From NCBI GenBank assembly GCA_001642005.1, contig LWCA01000180.1, forward strand, positions 1-43,617: DNA of 43,617 bases. The letters are read 5' to 3'. Made by a program: the position numbers and the translations under genes. How positions within the stretch are numbered: the stretch's first letter is position 1; each line of letters opens with the position of its first letter. The notes beneath the pieces were generated by a model. The model was not told where the DNA came from, did no database searches, and saw only the letters and a list, made by a program, of their open reading frames with translations. Below are positions 23,701 through 37,054 of this stretch, in pieces. Origin of the DNA: Intoshia linei (Eukaryota > Animalia > Orthonectida).

Positions 23701-24457
23701 AGAAAAAGAAATTTTAAGAGAGGTACAAATATAAAAGTTTAAATTTCTAAATTTTAGAAAAAAATGAAACAACAAAGACAACGCCTCGAAAAAGTAAAAA
23801 AAAAAAGTAAAACACTAGTAAAGGCTCCTAGAGTAATTTTTTTAAAACCAAAATTCTAAAATATGTAGAAACCACTTGAAATGCGTAAGAGAGTATCTAT
23901 ACACGATTTGAGCAACTCTACAAACGAACAATCTAGTGTTTTGAATGCTAAAGTATCGAAACTATCCAAAAAAAAATTGGAAAAGATTGAAAGTAATAGT
24001 ATTTGCGAAAATGAATCTGAAAAGAATGTAATTATTGAAACCAAATCTATACAAGATATGGGTACTATTGAAGACAAAGAAAATTTTGAATCAACGCTAA
24101 TTAACATTGATAATGAAGAAAAATTGTCGTTGGTTTAATTTGTTTTAATAATTTTAAAAATGATATTAGAGAATGGACGCACTGAAAGACAAATACGATT
24201 CTAATAATGAGATTGAAATTGATAAAAAAACCATTGAAAGTTATACAGATTCTTTTCAATCTGAATCAAATTTGCGCAATAGTTTCATGTCGCATGAACT
24301 ACAAAAATTACTACAGAAAAAAAAATCTATTGTTTCATCCTCCTCTATAAATCAAACGGAAGATGACAATTCCGATTATTTAGATAAACAGAACATGACA
24401 GAAGAGTGCGTTAGAGAAAGTGTAAAAATTGAACCCCAATGTGACAGTATCAATTAG
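17724..24457 (+). CDS. ~880-aa acidic/basic low-complexity coiled-coil protein, possibly MAP7/ensconsin-like
   Basis: Phase-consistent exons 17724-19454, 21869-21899, 21943-22013, 23505-23555, 23597-23722, 23758-23832, 23869-24132 and 24170-24457. The coiled coils KERLKKIEENNEKRKTSALVRKEML and IRKEKEILREKKMKQQRQRLEKVKKK resemble the two MAP7 helices. The gene model is solid; the product name is weak. Confidence 0.6.
19846..20204. mobile_element. pogo/Tigger-type MITE
   Basis: TIRs CAATGGAATCCGCTTATAAAAGACG / CGTCTCTTATAAGCGGATTCCACTG with TA on both sides. Confidence 0.9.
20324..20925. mobile_element. hAT-Charlie MITE
   Basis: TIRs CAGTAGTGGTCAAAC / GTTTGCCCACTACTG, subterminal CGGCCCG motifs and a perfect 8-bp TSD CTTTAAAG. 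Confidence 0.93.
22213..23420. repeat. Stack of repeat fragments in an intron: hAT left end, module B fragment, module A (reverse)
   Basis: TAGTGATTGTACCGTGACAAAATT at 22213 matches the terminus at 3040; 22580-22700 resembles module B; 23100-23420 is reverse module A. Confidence 0.65.
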
Positions 24458-24751
24458 GTAGTTTTTAATGTCTATTTTTTCATTTTTTTTAGATTTAAAT
24501 TTTATTTGTGTATTTTACTTTTTTCATGTCTTTCATTTATGTACTATCTCAATAAATTTATAATGATATGTTGTATTTTATTTAAAATCAAATGTCCATT
24601 TCAGAGATTGAAACAAATTTTTGTGTATTCCGTATCAACGTCTATGATTTAGGAAATACTCTTCAATGCTTTTGTATTTTAAATATTTAAAATGTTTGGA
24701 TTTTTAAGTGTGGTGCGTAAATTTGAAAAATTATCATTTTTCGGTCTACTA

Positions 24752-25570
24752 CAGTGTTTTCCAATTTTTTTATGCTAGGCCTTCTTTTACACTTAAAAAA
24801 TCCCACGCACAACTTCAAGAAATTATCTAACGTTCAATTTTTTGGGCTGATGTAACACCTCATTCAAAAAATAATTATTATTAATTCAGTTACTATTTTT
24901 TATTTACTAAATTTCTAATCAATTACAATTCCAAAGCTTTTAACATCGACATAAGAGCTAATTATTATATTTATTTTATAAAATGAATCATCTATCACTG
25001 ACGCTTACAAATTTTCTTAATTTTGTAATATTATTAAGTAATACTAATGAGAATCTTTTACTTGTATAAAATTGAATATCTTTGTCGACGTTTAATTAAA
25101 AAACCAATTTCTAATACAGTTTTTCAAGAGTCGTGTTTTATCAGAAATTGATCCTTTATCGTCAAAAACATAAATTACTTTATTATTAAATAATAAAATC
25201 AGTACTACATATATATAATGTAGAATTTTAAAGAATATAAATTTTGGGACGCGTTTTAACGTCATTACTTTTTTTGTAAATCTCAGTAACTTACATCTTC
25301 ATAGCCAAACCATCAAATTGAGCGTTTTTTAAAAATGAAAAAAATCACAGTATTTTATGAAACATAAATTCCTGATAGTTTTTATTATTATAAATCACAA
25401 CCTCAAAAATTTAAAAGTCTGTCTTCGGTGGACCTAATTGCTACTTGTACAAAAACATAACAGTCAAGCTAGTATTGTAAAAATTAACATTATATTGATC
25501 TTAAGTTTTAATAATTCATGAAATTTCCCAGGCTCCATTAGTAGGGCTTTGTCCATGGTTAGCAAACACT
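24752..25570 (+). mobile_element. hAT-type MITE containing partial module A
   Basis: Ends CAGTGTTTTCCAA / TTAGCAAACACT; the internal CAATTTCTAATACAGTTTTT segment is shared with the element starting at 42756. Confidence 0.55.
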
Positions 25571-26348
25571 TCATATGGTGCATATGTCTGACGATAATTA
25601 TCAAAATTATAATTTTTCAATATGTTAATCGAGAGGGCCTGTAGTTGATAACGTGTAAAAAAATATCTGGAAATGTTTGCTTTGTAGACTTAGCTATTGT
25701 TTGTAAAGTACAAAACAGGCGAGCTAGTTTTATAGATAATGTTATAAATATTAATTGAGTGTGCATAATAAACTGATTAAACTCGTTATACATAAAATGC
25801 ATGGTCAATTAGAGATTTATAACATTATTCACTTTTTAAAATTTTCTTTATTTCATACCTGTTTACATATAACTGGTTTATAAAAACAGTGACAAAAATA
25901 CTGTATATTAATTTTCAAACAATGCACAATGCAAATACATGATCTATATTTAGGTTAAATACTAAAAATCTGACGGGCTATTCCAAAAAATTATTTAAAA
26001 ATATAATTTTTAATTAACAAGTAATATAATTAATCTAATATCAATGATTTTATTTAAAAAATGTGTATAAATATGATTGAATTTTATTGTTCAAATAATT
26101 TAAGATTGTTTCGGAATAATTTAATGAAATCAAAGCATTAATTGCAATAAAAGGTTCATTATGATAATACAATATACTTTTGGTTTTAATGTACTCTATT
26201 GTTTAAATTGGTGCAATATCTAATTCTAGTCTTGTTTAATTTAAAAATAAAAATAAAATGTTTTACTTATATTACCGAAATTATAACATGCTGTTGCATA
26301 TAATGAAATACACATTTAAACAGTTAACCTTTCATTGATCCCAACAAA

Positions 26349-29300
26349 ATGTCAGCATATTGTGCAAAAATACCGAGTAATTCCAGTGTTCATCAAACAA
26401 GCTCTAAATCATGGGTATCTCAATATGATTCTTCAAATAGTGGGCAAATTTATTTAAATTTGGAAGAAATCCTATCCTGCGACGATTTATACGTTGATTT
26501 TTTAAACCATTATCTAAGTTTACCAGTAATTTTGAAATATTTCATTCTACTATTAATTTAAATGTAAACATTAGATTTTCGGAGTAAATGTCAATTACTA
26601 TGCACATAATGACGGGTTCATTAGTGCAGTTCAGAGTGGTAATTCCACTGAGCGCCATGTGCATTATTATGCTGCACCAGATGAACTAAAGGAAAAATCT
26701 TTAAAATGGCTTCATAGACACAGAATAAATTATTTTGAAAGGTTTAATAATCAAATAAAAATTAATCTTAAGCTCATTAATATGTCTAAAATATACCATA
26801 TTATAGAAGTCACTTGTTTGCAAAATATCAACTTATAAAGTGTTTATCGCGTTGCATTCAATGGGATAAAAAAGACCATGCTTTATCAAAGATAAAGCGA
26901 TACGATAAAAGGAATTTAAACATGACGGTTTCAGCAAACAGTATATCTACACCAACCAATTTCACAATGTCCGATTCCGAGTATGATTATGATCAGTCCA
27001 GTTATATTGCGACAAGTGGCAACAATGAACGTTTCTATTCTGCTCAAACTACTGGACATATCATCAATAAACGAACTGTTAGACTAAGTTTGCATGCATT
27101 CTCTGAAGAACATTTACCCGGTGTTTATCAAAGTTGAATAATTGTTTTTATTGTATATTTTTTGTTTAGAACACAATAGATCCAAACTAACCACTTCATC
27201 TACATTTAGGTTCTACAATAATAATATATATTTAACTTTTTTAGTAAAATATCCACCTTAAGTAAGGAAACATACTCTAAATCTTTTGAGTCACAGTCAA
27301 ATGAAATCAAATATCATAATTTTTACAAAGAAATGGAAAACAATATTTGCTCTGTAATTTCCTATTACAATAGTTTTGCTTATTTGTGTTTAAGTTTCAT
27401 GTACATTGTATATCTAGTATCGCCAAAAGTCCCATATGGATCAGTTCGGTATATGAAAAATTTTGAGATTATTCGAGGATAATTAGGTCAAAATAAATAT
27501 TTTTTAGAACATAAAATTTAAAATCCTTAGTTATATAAAATGTGACGTCTGTCACGTTAGACGTGTAGACGTTAGAATTCACCATACATATAGTATACAC
27601 TAACACATTCGGTCTGTGTATGTCTTATTCAGTTTACAAAAATAACAGTTCAAGAATGAAAAAACCAAAATTCTAGGTCAGTCTATTCCGAGGCAACAAA
27701 TAAGATAATTATTAAAATGCATTCAACCATTTTATAGGATAAAAACTTTGTGATAAACCGAATTGATTTTTTTCATTAATAAATATTACGTTCAAGACGA
27801 ATTAGCTGAGCGAATTTAAAATCTTTTAAAATTTGAAAATAAAATACCGTAGTCGTTGGTTCTATTATTTTTATTTTAGTCATTTTAATTGCGCCATTTT
27901 TAATATTTTTTATACAGGTAATGTTTTGAATAATTTATCAATTATAATTAAATATTATGTAATTTTTAGCGAAAAATTAGTAATTTATAATCTATTTTAA
28001 CACAATTTTGAGTTACAAAGCATACCTTTTTAGAAAATTAATTTTTTTAAAGATTTTCATTTTTATTTGTATACTCGTCTATCCTTACTATTGACACACC
28101 GAGTGTTGATGATGTAATTAATGATTATATCGAATAATAATGCAACATGCTTGTTTTATTATAACATTCATTATTTTATTAACGTTGATTTATTTATTTA
28201 TTTCAGATTAAAGGCATTGAAAATTTTGAAAAATTTCTAAAAAAATATAAACATGGACATAATTTGTTCAATATATGGATCGATATAAACATATTATTTC
28301 AATTTTATAATGGTGTAGTGATCAATGATGCACATTTTAAAAAGTTTGTCAGGTACATTGTACAGTCTAAGTCCTAATTAACAGAATTAAAAATTACGTT
28401 ATTCTGTCAATATGGAATTTTTCTCATAGTAACACCCTAATTAACGGAATTTAATTTTTTTAAATGAAAACCATTAAATAGTCATATTTCTGGTTATTAT
28501 GGGTTTTTGATTAATACATGACGAACTAATATACACAAAACATTATCAACTGGTTCACATCAGTTTTTTAGAGTCCATGAAAAATTTTATCAATTTTAAA
28601 TTATTTACAGATATAAATTAAAGTTAAAAATTTGATAAAAAAACGTAATAAATTGACTTGTAATTAGTACCAAAATGAGTTGAAATTTATGATTCTCTTA
28701 AAAATAGATTCTAGAGCTTTAGAGATAAAATTATTATTAACGGAATTTTTGGTTCATACAAATTCGTTAAGAATAAATAAATAATTTAAAATTCCGTTAA
28801 TATAGAATTTTTCCGTTAAAATGGAATTTTTGTTAACAAAATTTCGTTAATAAGGACTTAGACTGTATTAATAAAATAATTGAAAATAATTTCATTATAA
28901 TTTATAGATATTTCAAATCAAAACATCATAATTTGAATAAGTTGGATTTGGTGCAAAATCTTACTTCTTCCAATGTAGATTTGGGTAGTAAAGATTTTGA
29001 TGAAATTATTCAAATTTTGATTAATATTCAGCATTCTGCTTTGAAAAGATTACGAGTTTATTGGATTTCAAGATATCTAACCCATAAATTTAATATTAAC
29101 GTGTACAATTAATATTTCTAAATGAGATACACGTATGTAGTTGCTGTTTCTAGTTTGTTTCAATTTAAAAGTTTTAGAAATTTTAAAAAGGGATTTTTAT
29201 GGAAAAATAATTTACTTTAAAAACCACCGTAAAAATAAATTACAATTTCCATTTAACTCTTTTTTAATTTTAGCAAAAATGTTAATCTTATTACTGGAAA

Positions 29301-32300
29301 AAGTTACTACTTTTATGAATTAAAGCGTAATTTAATATTAGAATTAAAAGTATACCTGAACATGAACAATCAACACATAAAAATCCCAAGGTAGATCGAA
29401 TAGATACTAAAAAGGCCTTGGACCAAGTCGTTAGAAAATTAATTTTTAATGATGACTTGCATGGTGGACCATTTATGGATTACTTGAAGGAGTAATTAAT
29501 TTACTAGTAAATAATACTTAGATAGACTACTAAAATATACTTAAAAATAGATATTGGAAGAAAAAATTTTAAATAATATTTTTTCTTTAGAGAAAATTGC
29601 TCATTTGAATATAAACTTCAACAATTTTGTAATTACTGTTCTAAACTGGTACGAATTGAAAAATACTCCAATTACAATAAAAAACAAAACGCACAAGAAT
29701 TGATAAATTTGTCGTGGTGTATTTATGGCGATTTTTTCGTGAAAATTTCTCCAAATTATTGTGGTTATTATTTATAATTATAAACTATTAGATGTGGGAA
29801 AATTAAATTTTATACTCTTAATTTATTAATTATATATTATTAAAAATTTAGAAATTGATCAAGACTTGATTCAAAATTTACGAAAACGGTTGATAAATGT
29901 ATCATCCGAGAATGTCAACTTTGATTGTGGCAAGACAAATTTAAATTTGTATGAAAATGTTTTTGAATCTATATTTGAACCAATTTTCGCATTTTGTGTT
30001 GATCAATTAAAATTAAGATACATTTCATATGTTAGATTGGATGCGGGATCATATTTTGAATGGTAGATTAATTTTTACATGAATTTTAATTTTAAATAAA
30101 ATTATTAATATAGTACTAAATCTGATTCTCTGAGAACAAGTGAAACTAATAGTTCGACAGAATCAGAACCTAATAAAAATGAACCTGTTAATATCGAAAT
30201 GAAAGAAAAAAAACCTTGGTCTAAAAGGTTAGTATTATACTTATATATGTATAAATAAACAAAAAAATCATAATTATAGTTACCCGGAAAGCACATTATC
30301 TGAAAGAGCTAATCGATTGAGAACAGCATTGTCTTTGTCTGAAAATATGGACCAACAACGTAAAATCGGGGTTCGTAGAAAAGCCTTAAAACATAAACTA
30401 GCTGTCAATAAAGCTAAACAGAAGGCTATTACCGTTTCACGAAAATCAAAATACGATAGGACTAATTCAGTTGGCCATTCTAATGTAGTTTCAAAAATTT
30501 TATAGTCAATCTTCGTCTTTTTAGGAAATTTCACAAGACTCTGAAAAGTCTGCCAAGGAAAATATGAAATCTATGACTCAATTTAAAATGTATAATTTTC
30601 AAAAATTTCTAATTATATTATAATAAATTTTTATTAGTATCATAACAAGATTTAAAAAGTATATAAACACTGAAACTAATTCAAGAACCATAAATATGGC
30701 CAATTTGTTATTTGACATTGATGCTTATAAGAGCATTAATAATGTGAAAAATAAAAACTCTCTTAAAGACATTCAAGCTAAATATATATACAAGTAAAAT
30801 TTAATTTCCCGGTCAAAAAAAAATTTAATTATTTGCAATGAATTAAATTTTATTATCAGACAGCAGAACCGAACAATTAAAAGCACGCCGGGGCCCTTTA
30901 AAATTTTCCGTCAAATATGCATACTGCCATATACAGGGTCGTGGAGCGCCATCAGTGACCCGGTCATATAAACATAATAGCCCTAATATACAAATAAAAA
31001 AATAAATCTTCTATGCATTGCTATTTACAGCGTTTTCTACAGGAGTAAACAAATTTCGTGCCACCCTATGAATAAAATTTTGAAATACATTTTTTAATAT
31101 GCTCATTATTTTAAAATCTAAGATCCTAGTCACTTGTCCATGGGTCTGGATTTAAAGTTTAAAATTGACCACAAAACAGTTGATATTAAAGCATATTTTT
31201 TAGTGTTCAATTTGAAAAAATGATAGCCCCATTTTACAAAATGTTCGTTGTGTTTTCGAGAAGACGACCTCGGGTACAATAGGTTCGGCACTGCTTGTTT
31301 ATGAAAAATTTATCTATAGATATTATAATACCAAACATTTGCTATAAATATTTTTAATTTCATTTCAATGGGCGATCAGAAAATTGAACTTTTTCAATTT
31401 TTTAAGATAAAATCTCAAAGAATATCGGTCTTCATGATTAGAAAAATAAAATAATATTTAAGATTTCATTATTTAAATTTAATTCTATAGAACCTATTTT
31501 GATGAAAAAGGTCGACATCGTGTGGATTTAACTGGAATTCCAAACAAAAGCATCAATTCAAGACCTAAAACGGCGCAATTAAATCTAATCAGAGAAAATT
31601 TAACAAATTCACTGTATAAAGATTTTAATAACTACTGGGAAGTAATATTAATTTAATTATTAAATACGTATATTAAAAGTCGCGATTCACGACCATTAAT
31701 AGGCTCGCAAACGTTTTTGTAAAGATGTAAATGTTAAATAACTATGTACTACAGTATGCACCACCATAAAAAGGTTTGAAATTTGTTAGTCGCTTATCCA
31801 ATGGTGTTTAGCTGTGAGTTAATGTTTTTTACATTTATAAATGAAAAAATATTTTTTCCTCCTAATCTAACAAAAACTAAAAGCCTGCCACAAAATTTTT
31901 AGATTAGTTAAGTCTAAAAAATAAATTTATATTATTTAAAAAATTGTGTATATTATAAAATTTTAGACGGAAATTGATGAACATGGAAGTCATATGGTAG
32001 CGTTGACTGTATTAACTCGTGATGAAAATAAAGAATCTGGTCCTATCCGAAATACTATTAAATTTACAGAGGTAATTTAAAATATTTAAATTACAAAAAA
32101 AATTTTATAAGAAAATATATATATAATTCAATAATTAATTAAACATTTAAAATAATTTTAAAGAGAAGGTATACTTGACCGTAATATCAAAATAAAACTT
32201 TACTTATGATGCATTTATTAAATTTATTTTATAAAATAATATTATTAGAAACTAAATAATTCCACATCAGAATACTCATCAACTTCTGATACGTCGGAAT

Positions 32301-33293
32301 TCACAATTTATCCTCTAAAAATACAGATGCAGGTTGAGACTACACGTATAGTGAAGCTTTGTTATACTTAACATTATTATATCTATCCGCAGTTAAAATA
32401 TATTTATCTACGCTTAAATGCTTGCTTTATTCATCTCATAATTTTCTGGGCCTCTTACTTAACATTGTCTTTAGACAGATATAAGAATTGTACCTACCAA
32501 GGAAGACAGATTTCGATTTAATCAAATGATGGACGTGAACAATTTTTACACAAAATGGAAAAAAACAGAACGAAGACAATTTTACAATTTTTTAAGGAAA
32601 CACCAAAAAGATACAGAGCTGCCAAACAGTAGTAGAGCTTTTAGATTTTATTATGAAGCCATTCTATTTAAGGTATTCTAATTTTTGTAAGTATTTTAAT
32701 TTTAAATTAGAATACAATGCACCCGTATAATAATGAATGTACAATTAAATCAAAAGTCCACGCCATGATGGAAACTTTTTTGGAGTCTGTTTTACCCAAC
32801 TTTGTGGCGGTAATTGGTTTATATAAATTAATAAAAATCAGATTGAACTACCACCCGATGTAATGATTCGTACTCTTAAATCAATGCAAAAATTTGGGAA
32901 CCGTGAATCTGATAGTTTGATGCTCGATGAATCCATGTACACAATTTACAAAAATATATTGCCCTTTTTCGCAACTTTTCGTCAACGTAAAAAAGTTTTG
33001 TATAATATTCCAGGTAATTGGTTTCATGTTTGTATTATACGTTTCAATGTTTAGAAAAAGATGAAGAATTCGCGAAACGAAGATTGCTGTATGAAGAAAT
33101 GAAAGGCTATGCACCCAACTCTGCTAGGACCGAAAGTTTACGTTCCCTACCCGTCAATGCCACTAATGTTATGAATTTCTCTATTGTTAATGGAATAACT
33201 TGGAAGGCATGATTTTATACTTCTCATGTTTATCATTTTTAGGTTTCAAATTATGCAGAATCTGTAGTTAGCACAGATAATGTAGTGTTATAA
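26349..33293 (+). CDS. RGS22: Regulator of G-protein signalling 22-like (multi-RGS domain)
   Basis: N-terminal LEEILSCDDLYVDFLNHYLSLP|IFG; WLHRHRINYFERSHLFAKYQLIKCL; KGIENFEKFL...LFNIWIDI; ALKRLRVYWISRYL; DDLHGGPFMDYL; C-terminal IELPPDV...ILPFFATF and MNFSIVNGITWK. Exons around 27350-28200 are not fully resolved. Confidence 0.85.
28363..28865. mobile_element. pogo/Tigger-type MITE in an RGS22 intron
   Basis: TIRs CAGTCTAAGTCCTAATTAAC / GTTAATAAGGACTTAGACTG, TA TSD, and repeated subterminal TTAACGGAAT in both orientations. Confidence 0.9.
30862..31295. mobile_element. Degraded hAT-like MITE in an RGS22 intron
   Basis: Imperfect inverted ends AGCAGAACCGAAC / GTTCGGCACTGCT and GC-rich subterminal GGGGCCC; no clear TSD. 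Confidence 0.45.
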
Positions 33294-33660
33294 TAGAGTA
33301 GCTATTTAACTTTGAATTAAACAATTTTTATTTGCGTAATATGAATACTATTAGAGTCGGTAATTCTAAATATTGTAATATCTACAAATAGTAGAGTACA
33401 TGGATCAATGTTCCACTCAATACTCTCGACATTTTCATAATATACAAAAAAAGTGTACTTTCATTTTAAAAAGTTTTTAGAGGGTAATGCCGTCGAAAAA
33501 ATTTCAAACCCATGGTTTAGTTGACCGCACATGTTCATTCATTGATTTAATAAAAAATAGATTGTGATTAGTTAGCATACCACAAAGATGAAACATTGAA
33601 ACAACCATTCAATTTTAAATTTAGAAAATTTAATGTAAAATTATACAATTTAAATGTCAA

Positions 33661-35356
33661 TTATTTAGATAAATATACTGTAATGGAATTTAAACAATCT
33701 TTAGAGGACGAAATGTACTTTTCCTTTTCTTCAATATCGTCAATCATAATTTGAAAAACATCACCCTTTTTTACCTTAATATAAAAAGTATAAGAAGAAA
33801 ATTCCTTTTTGGGAAAAAGAACATAAAGCTTTTCATTTGAACGGATAGACCAATTGATGGTTCTTATTTTGCGACTGTTGATCATTATAAGAAAATCAAA
33901 ATTATTAGAGAGGTAAAAAGTAAGATGAACGATGTACACACCACTAATGGGTATACTTAAACTATAAGAATCTAACCAAAACAATTTTGGATTTTCATGT
34001 TTAATGTAACTAAACCGGAGTTTGTTTTCCTTAGAGTTCTTTTTAGAAAATGCCAATCCATCGGCAATACAGGCTACAGTATAATAAGCAGAATCATCGT
34101 TTATTTCATATTGTAGAAACCCAGAAAATGTCACTTGTCTTTCATTACACATTTTCGTAACGTAAATTTTATCATACATTTTCATGTCAAAAATCAATAT
34201 TCGTCCAATTGTTTCATATCCAAATTTGGGGGTATTCTTGATACTGTCGTCCTTCACAAAATGTTCAGGATTATAACCTTCCATCTCCATTGAATATTTC
34301 AGAATTTCAGAATTTTTATATCTATTCATATGATTAACAGTTATGTACGTAGAATTAAATCTTTCTACAATAGCATTGACAAAAAAAACATAAATACCAT
34401 CCAAAGGAGCAATAAATTCAGATTGTTGTAAATTAAACCCATAGCCGTGATTAAATAGTATTTCATGAAACATTAAACGTTTCATTTGATAAACGTGAGA
34501 AACATCGGATTCAATGTACACAGAAAATGCTACTCGAGTTTTCAATGAAGACAAAAGTAACGATGAACTAAATTCATTTCCCCTGTCAAACAAACCTCCA
34601 CCATTTAAAACGGTGAATATGATGGAGGATAATTTGTTTTGAGGATAGAGAGAATTTTGTAAAACATTAGGTAAACTAATGGAATGCTTTCCAGATCTAT
34701 CCGTTTTGTCGTGTTTCAAAACAAATATTTTTTTGACAGTATTTCCACTAGAATATTCAAAAATTGCTTTTAAACAAACGTCAATCGTAGTTTCTTTACT
34801 AACAACTATATTCAAAAAGGTTATAATGAGAGTAATGTAATTTGAAATATCCGTCTCTGATTTTTCCACATTTCTATATTCAATATAACTATTGTCGACT
34901 CCAATCGAATATAATTTTCCGCTTAAAACAACACTATTCATAAATAAAACTTTTTGTTGTTCAGATTGTTGCCACAAAAAAGAAAAAACTAGGTCTGTTT
35001 CATCAGGAACTTTGGATAGGCTAAAATTATTTTTCGGAATGCTAGTGTTAACAAATTTCACTTTCTCAGTTCCGTGGCTTTTATCTATATCGTCTAAGTA
35101 AATCATAAATTATTAACACACAAAAAATTACCGCGTATTATGTTGAACAGATTTTGATAATATAAAATGAAACCAATTAAAGAAACAATCAAAATCAAAA
35201 TAAGACCAATTATTAATAAATTGGTTAGTACCCGCTTTTTTGGTTTTTTTTTCAAATATGACATTGTTTTGTATGAAACTTGACCATTATCAAAGCTACA
35301 TTTCGAATGTGAACGGTGATTTGAATCATACTCGTTGCATTTATCTATATAATCAT
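33661..35356 (-). CDS. Type II membrane protein with tandem C1q-like globular domains
   Basis: Exon 35356-35132 encodes KKKPKKR followed by the hydrophobic LLIIGLILILIVSLIGFILYY. After a 38-nt intron (35131-35094), a 1.43-kb exon contains VAFSVY...FHEILFNHGYGFN...FIAPLDGIYVF...TFSGFL (gC1q) and a second IPISGVYIVHLTF unit. The start is either ATG 35264 or a small exon at 36332-36314. Confidence 0.8.
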
Positions 35357-35559
35357 CTGGGTAAAACTTCTAAAATAATATATAAGAAAAATAAAAAAAA
35401 TCAAATTTTAATAAATTTGATTTTACAATCCTTTATATAGTGGAAAATTTCTAACTGAAATGTACACTTTAATAAAATTTAATATAATTAAATCTGGGTG
35501 AATGTTACGGTTTATTTAAAAAATTGACAATCTTATAATTTAAACAAACACAATTTTTG

Positions 35560-35985
35560 ATAGTTTTCCACAGGGATGTTGATATCTTTTTTTCAGTTTC
35601 CGAATTTGAGTCCCTCAGGGTAAAAAACCCAATTTTCTATTTGGATTCAAAATAAAATCAGCCCAAAAATTTAATAAAACGTAAACATATAAACGCTTTT
35701 TAAAATCATTAAAATTATCGTAAATGGCAACTTCAAAATTGCATTTTCACAATCAAAACCCAGATTACCCTTTTTCTAAAAAAAATTACAATTGATACAG
35801 CTATATCCAATTAAAACACATAAAAAGTTTCAATCTGACAAAGTGACGCCTTCACGGTTAAAAAAGCAGTTTATTATTTATTTCTTTTATGAAGCAATTA
35901 TTTTATTAAAATAAAAAAATTTGAAATAATTAACGGTCATACAATTAAAAAAAATTTATTCTGATACAGTTTATTCCACTAAACG
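35560..35985 (+). repeat. Module A copy
   Basis: GAATTTGAGTCCCTCAGGGTAAAAAACCC and GTGACGCCTTCACGGTTAAAAAAGCA are collinear with 4090-4560. Confidence 0.85.
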
Positions 35986-36542
35986 TCCATTCTCTTGAGC
36001 GATACATCTTATACGACATAATCATAGATTTTACTAATTTATCATATCATTGATTATTTGACGAAATTTTAGTGGGCTTTATTCATATTTTTATTATCTT
36101 ATATTACAAATTTTAGGACCAAAATTTCGTAAGGTTTTTAAATGAAGTTTTTTTTACCCAATTTTTAAAGATACCATAAAATGTTAAAAATATTCCCTTC
36201 AAAAATCCTTCAAAATTTTGGTCCCAAAATTTTCTTCATAATCTTTAAAAATTCCGTTCATTTTTGATACAAAATATTTTTTATTTATCCAAAAGCAGAC
36301 AGTGAATATATACCATTACAAAATAAAATCATAAAATGTTTATTTCCAATTTTATTTTTTGCAATTTAAGTTATTTAAGATATTTATGACAATTTTTAGG
36401 ATTGTACTGTTTTGACTTTATTTTTAAGCTTATACACTAATTCTCTAATAAATTAAAAAATTGGGATCACAACATTTTTTTTTAAAATTCTATACCCAAA
36501 TGTTAAAAAAATAAAATGAAGTAGTAATAATTCACTTTAAAT

Positions 36543-36988
36543 CAGTGGTTCCCTATTCAAATAGTGTACGGACCCCCATTAAAAAATATTCATTTTTTTG
36601 GACGCCAAATGAAACATCAATATATAAATAATTTATAAAAAAATAAAAGGTTTTTTCTTATAAGATTTTATCCTTAATGGTTGGTAAAATTGTATTTTTT
36701 ATATAGTGGGTGGATTAAGTGGATTTTTCAAAAAAATATCGATAAAAGTCGATTTTTCCTGGGTGTTTGAAATGGTATTTTTTATGGTAAACTTATGGCA
36801 ATGTAAATTTTTTTAATGCTACAATAAGTGGGGTTTTGAAATAATAATCTAGCGGTACTATAGGCTTTGAGATAAATTTCAAACATCTGGCAATTCTGTA
36901 ATAAATATTATTAATAAAGAAAAGTTGATAAGATTTTTTTCATTTTTAATATTTTATTTGAATCTTTCGGACCCAACCGGGAACCACT
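36543..36988 (+). mobile_element. hAT-Charlie-type MITE carrying module B
   Basis: Ends CAGTGGTTCCC / GGGAACCACT; body homologous to 14461-14922; right TSD partly deleted. Confidence 0.8.
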
Positions 36989-37054
36989 TAAATGTAGTTT
37001 AATGTGAAATGGTCGGTCCACGGCGAAACAAGTTTGGGAACATTCCTTTAAAAC

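Noticed and set aside
26270-26348. RFX X-box upstream of RGS22
   Set aside because: Only a GTTGC half-site is present, with no convincing palindrome.
27541-27580. GTGACGTCTGTCAC hairpin and AGACGT repeats in an RGS22 intron
   Set aside because: Too short to interpret; probably a transposon end fragment.
28070-28100. U12-type branch-like TCCTTAC followed by AC in RGS22
   Set aside because: No ATATCCTT or GTATCCTT donor was found upstream, and the stretch also reads as ordinary exon (SSILTIDTPSVDD).
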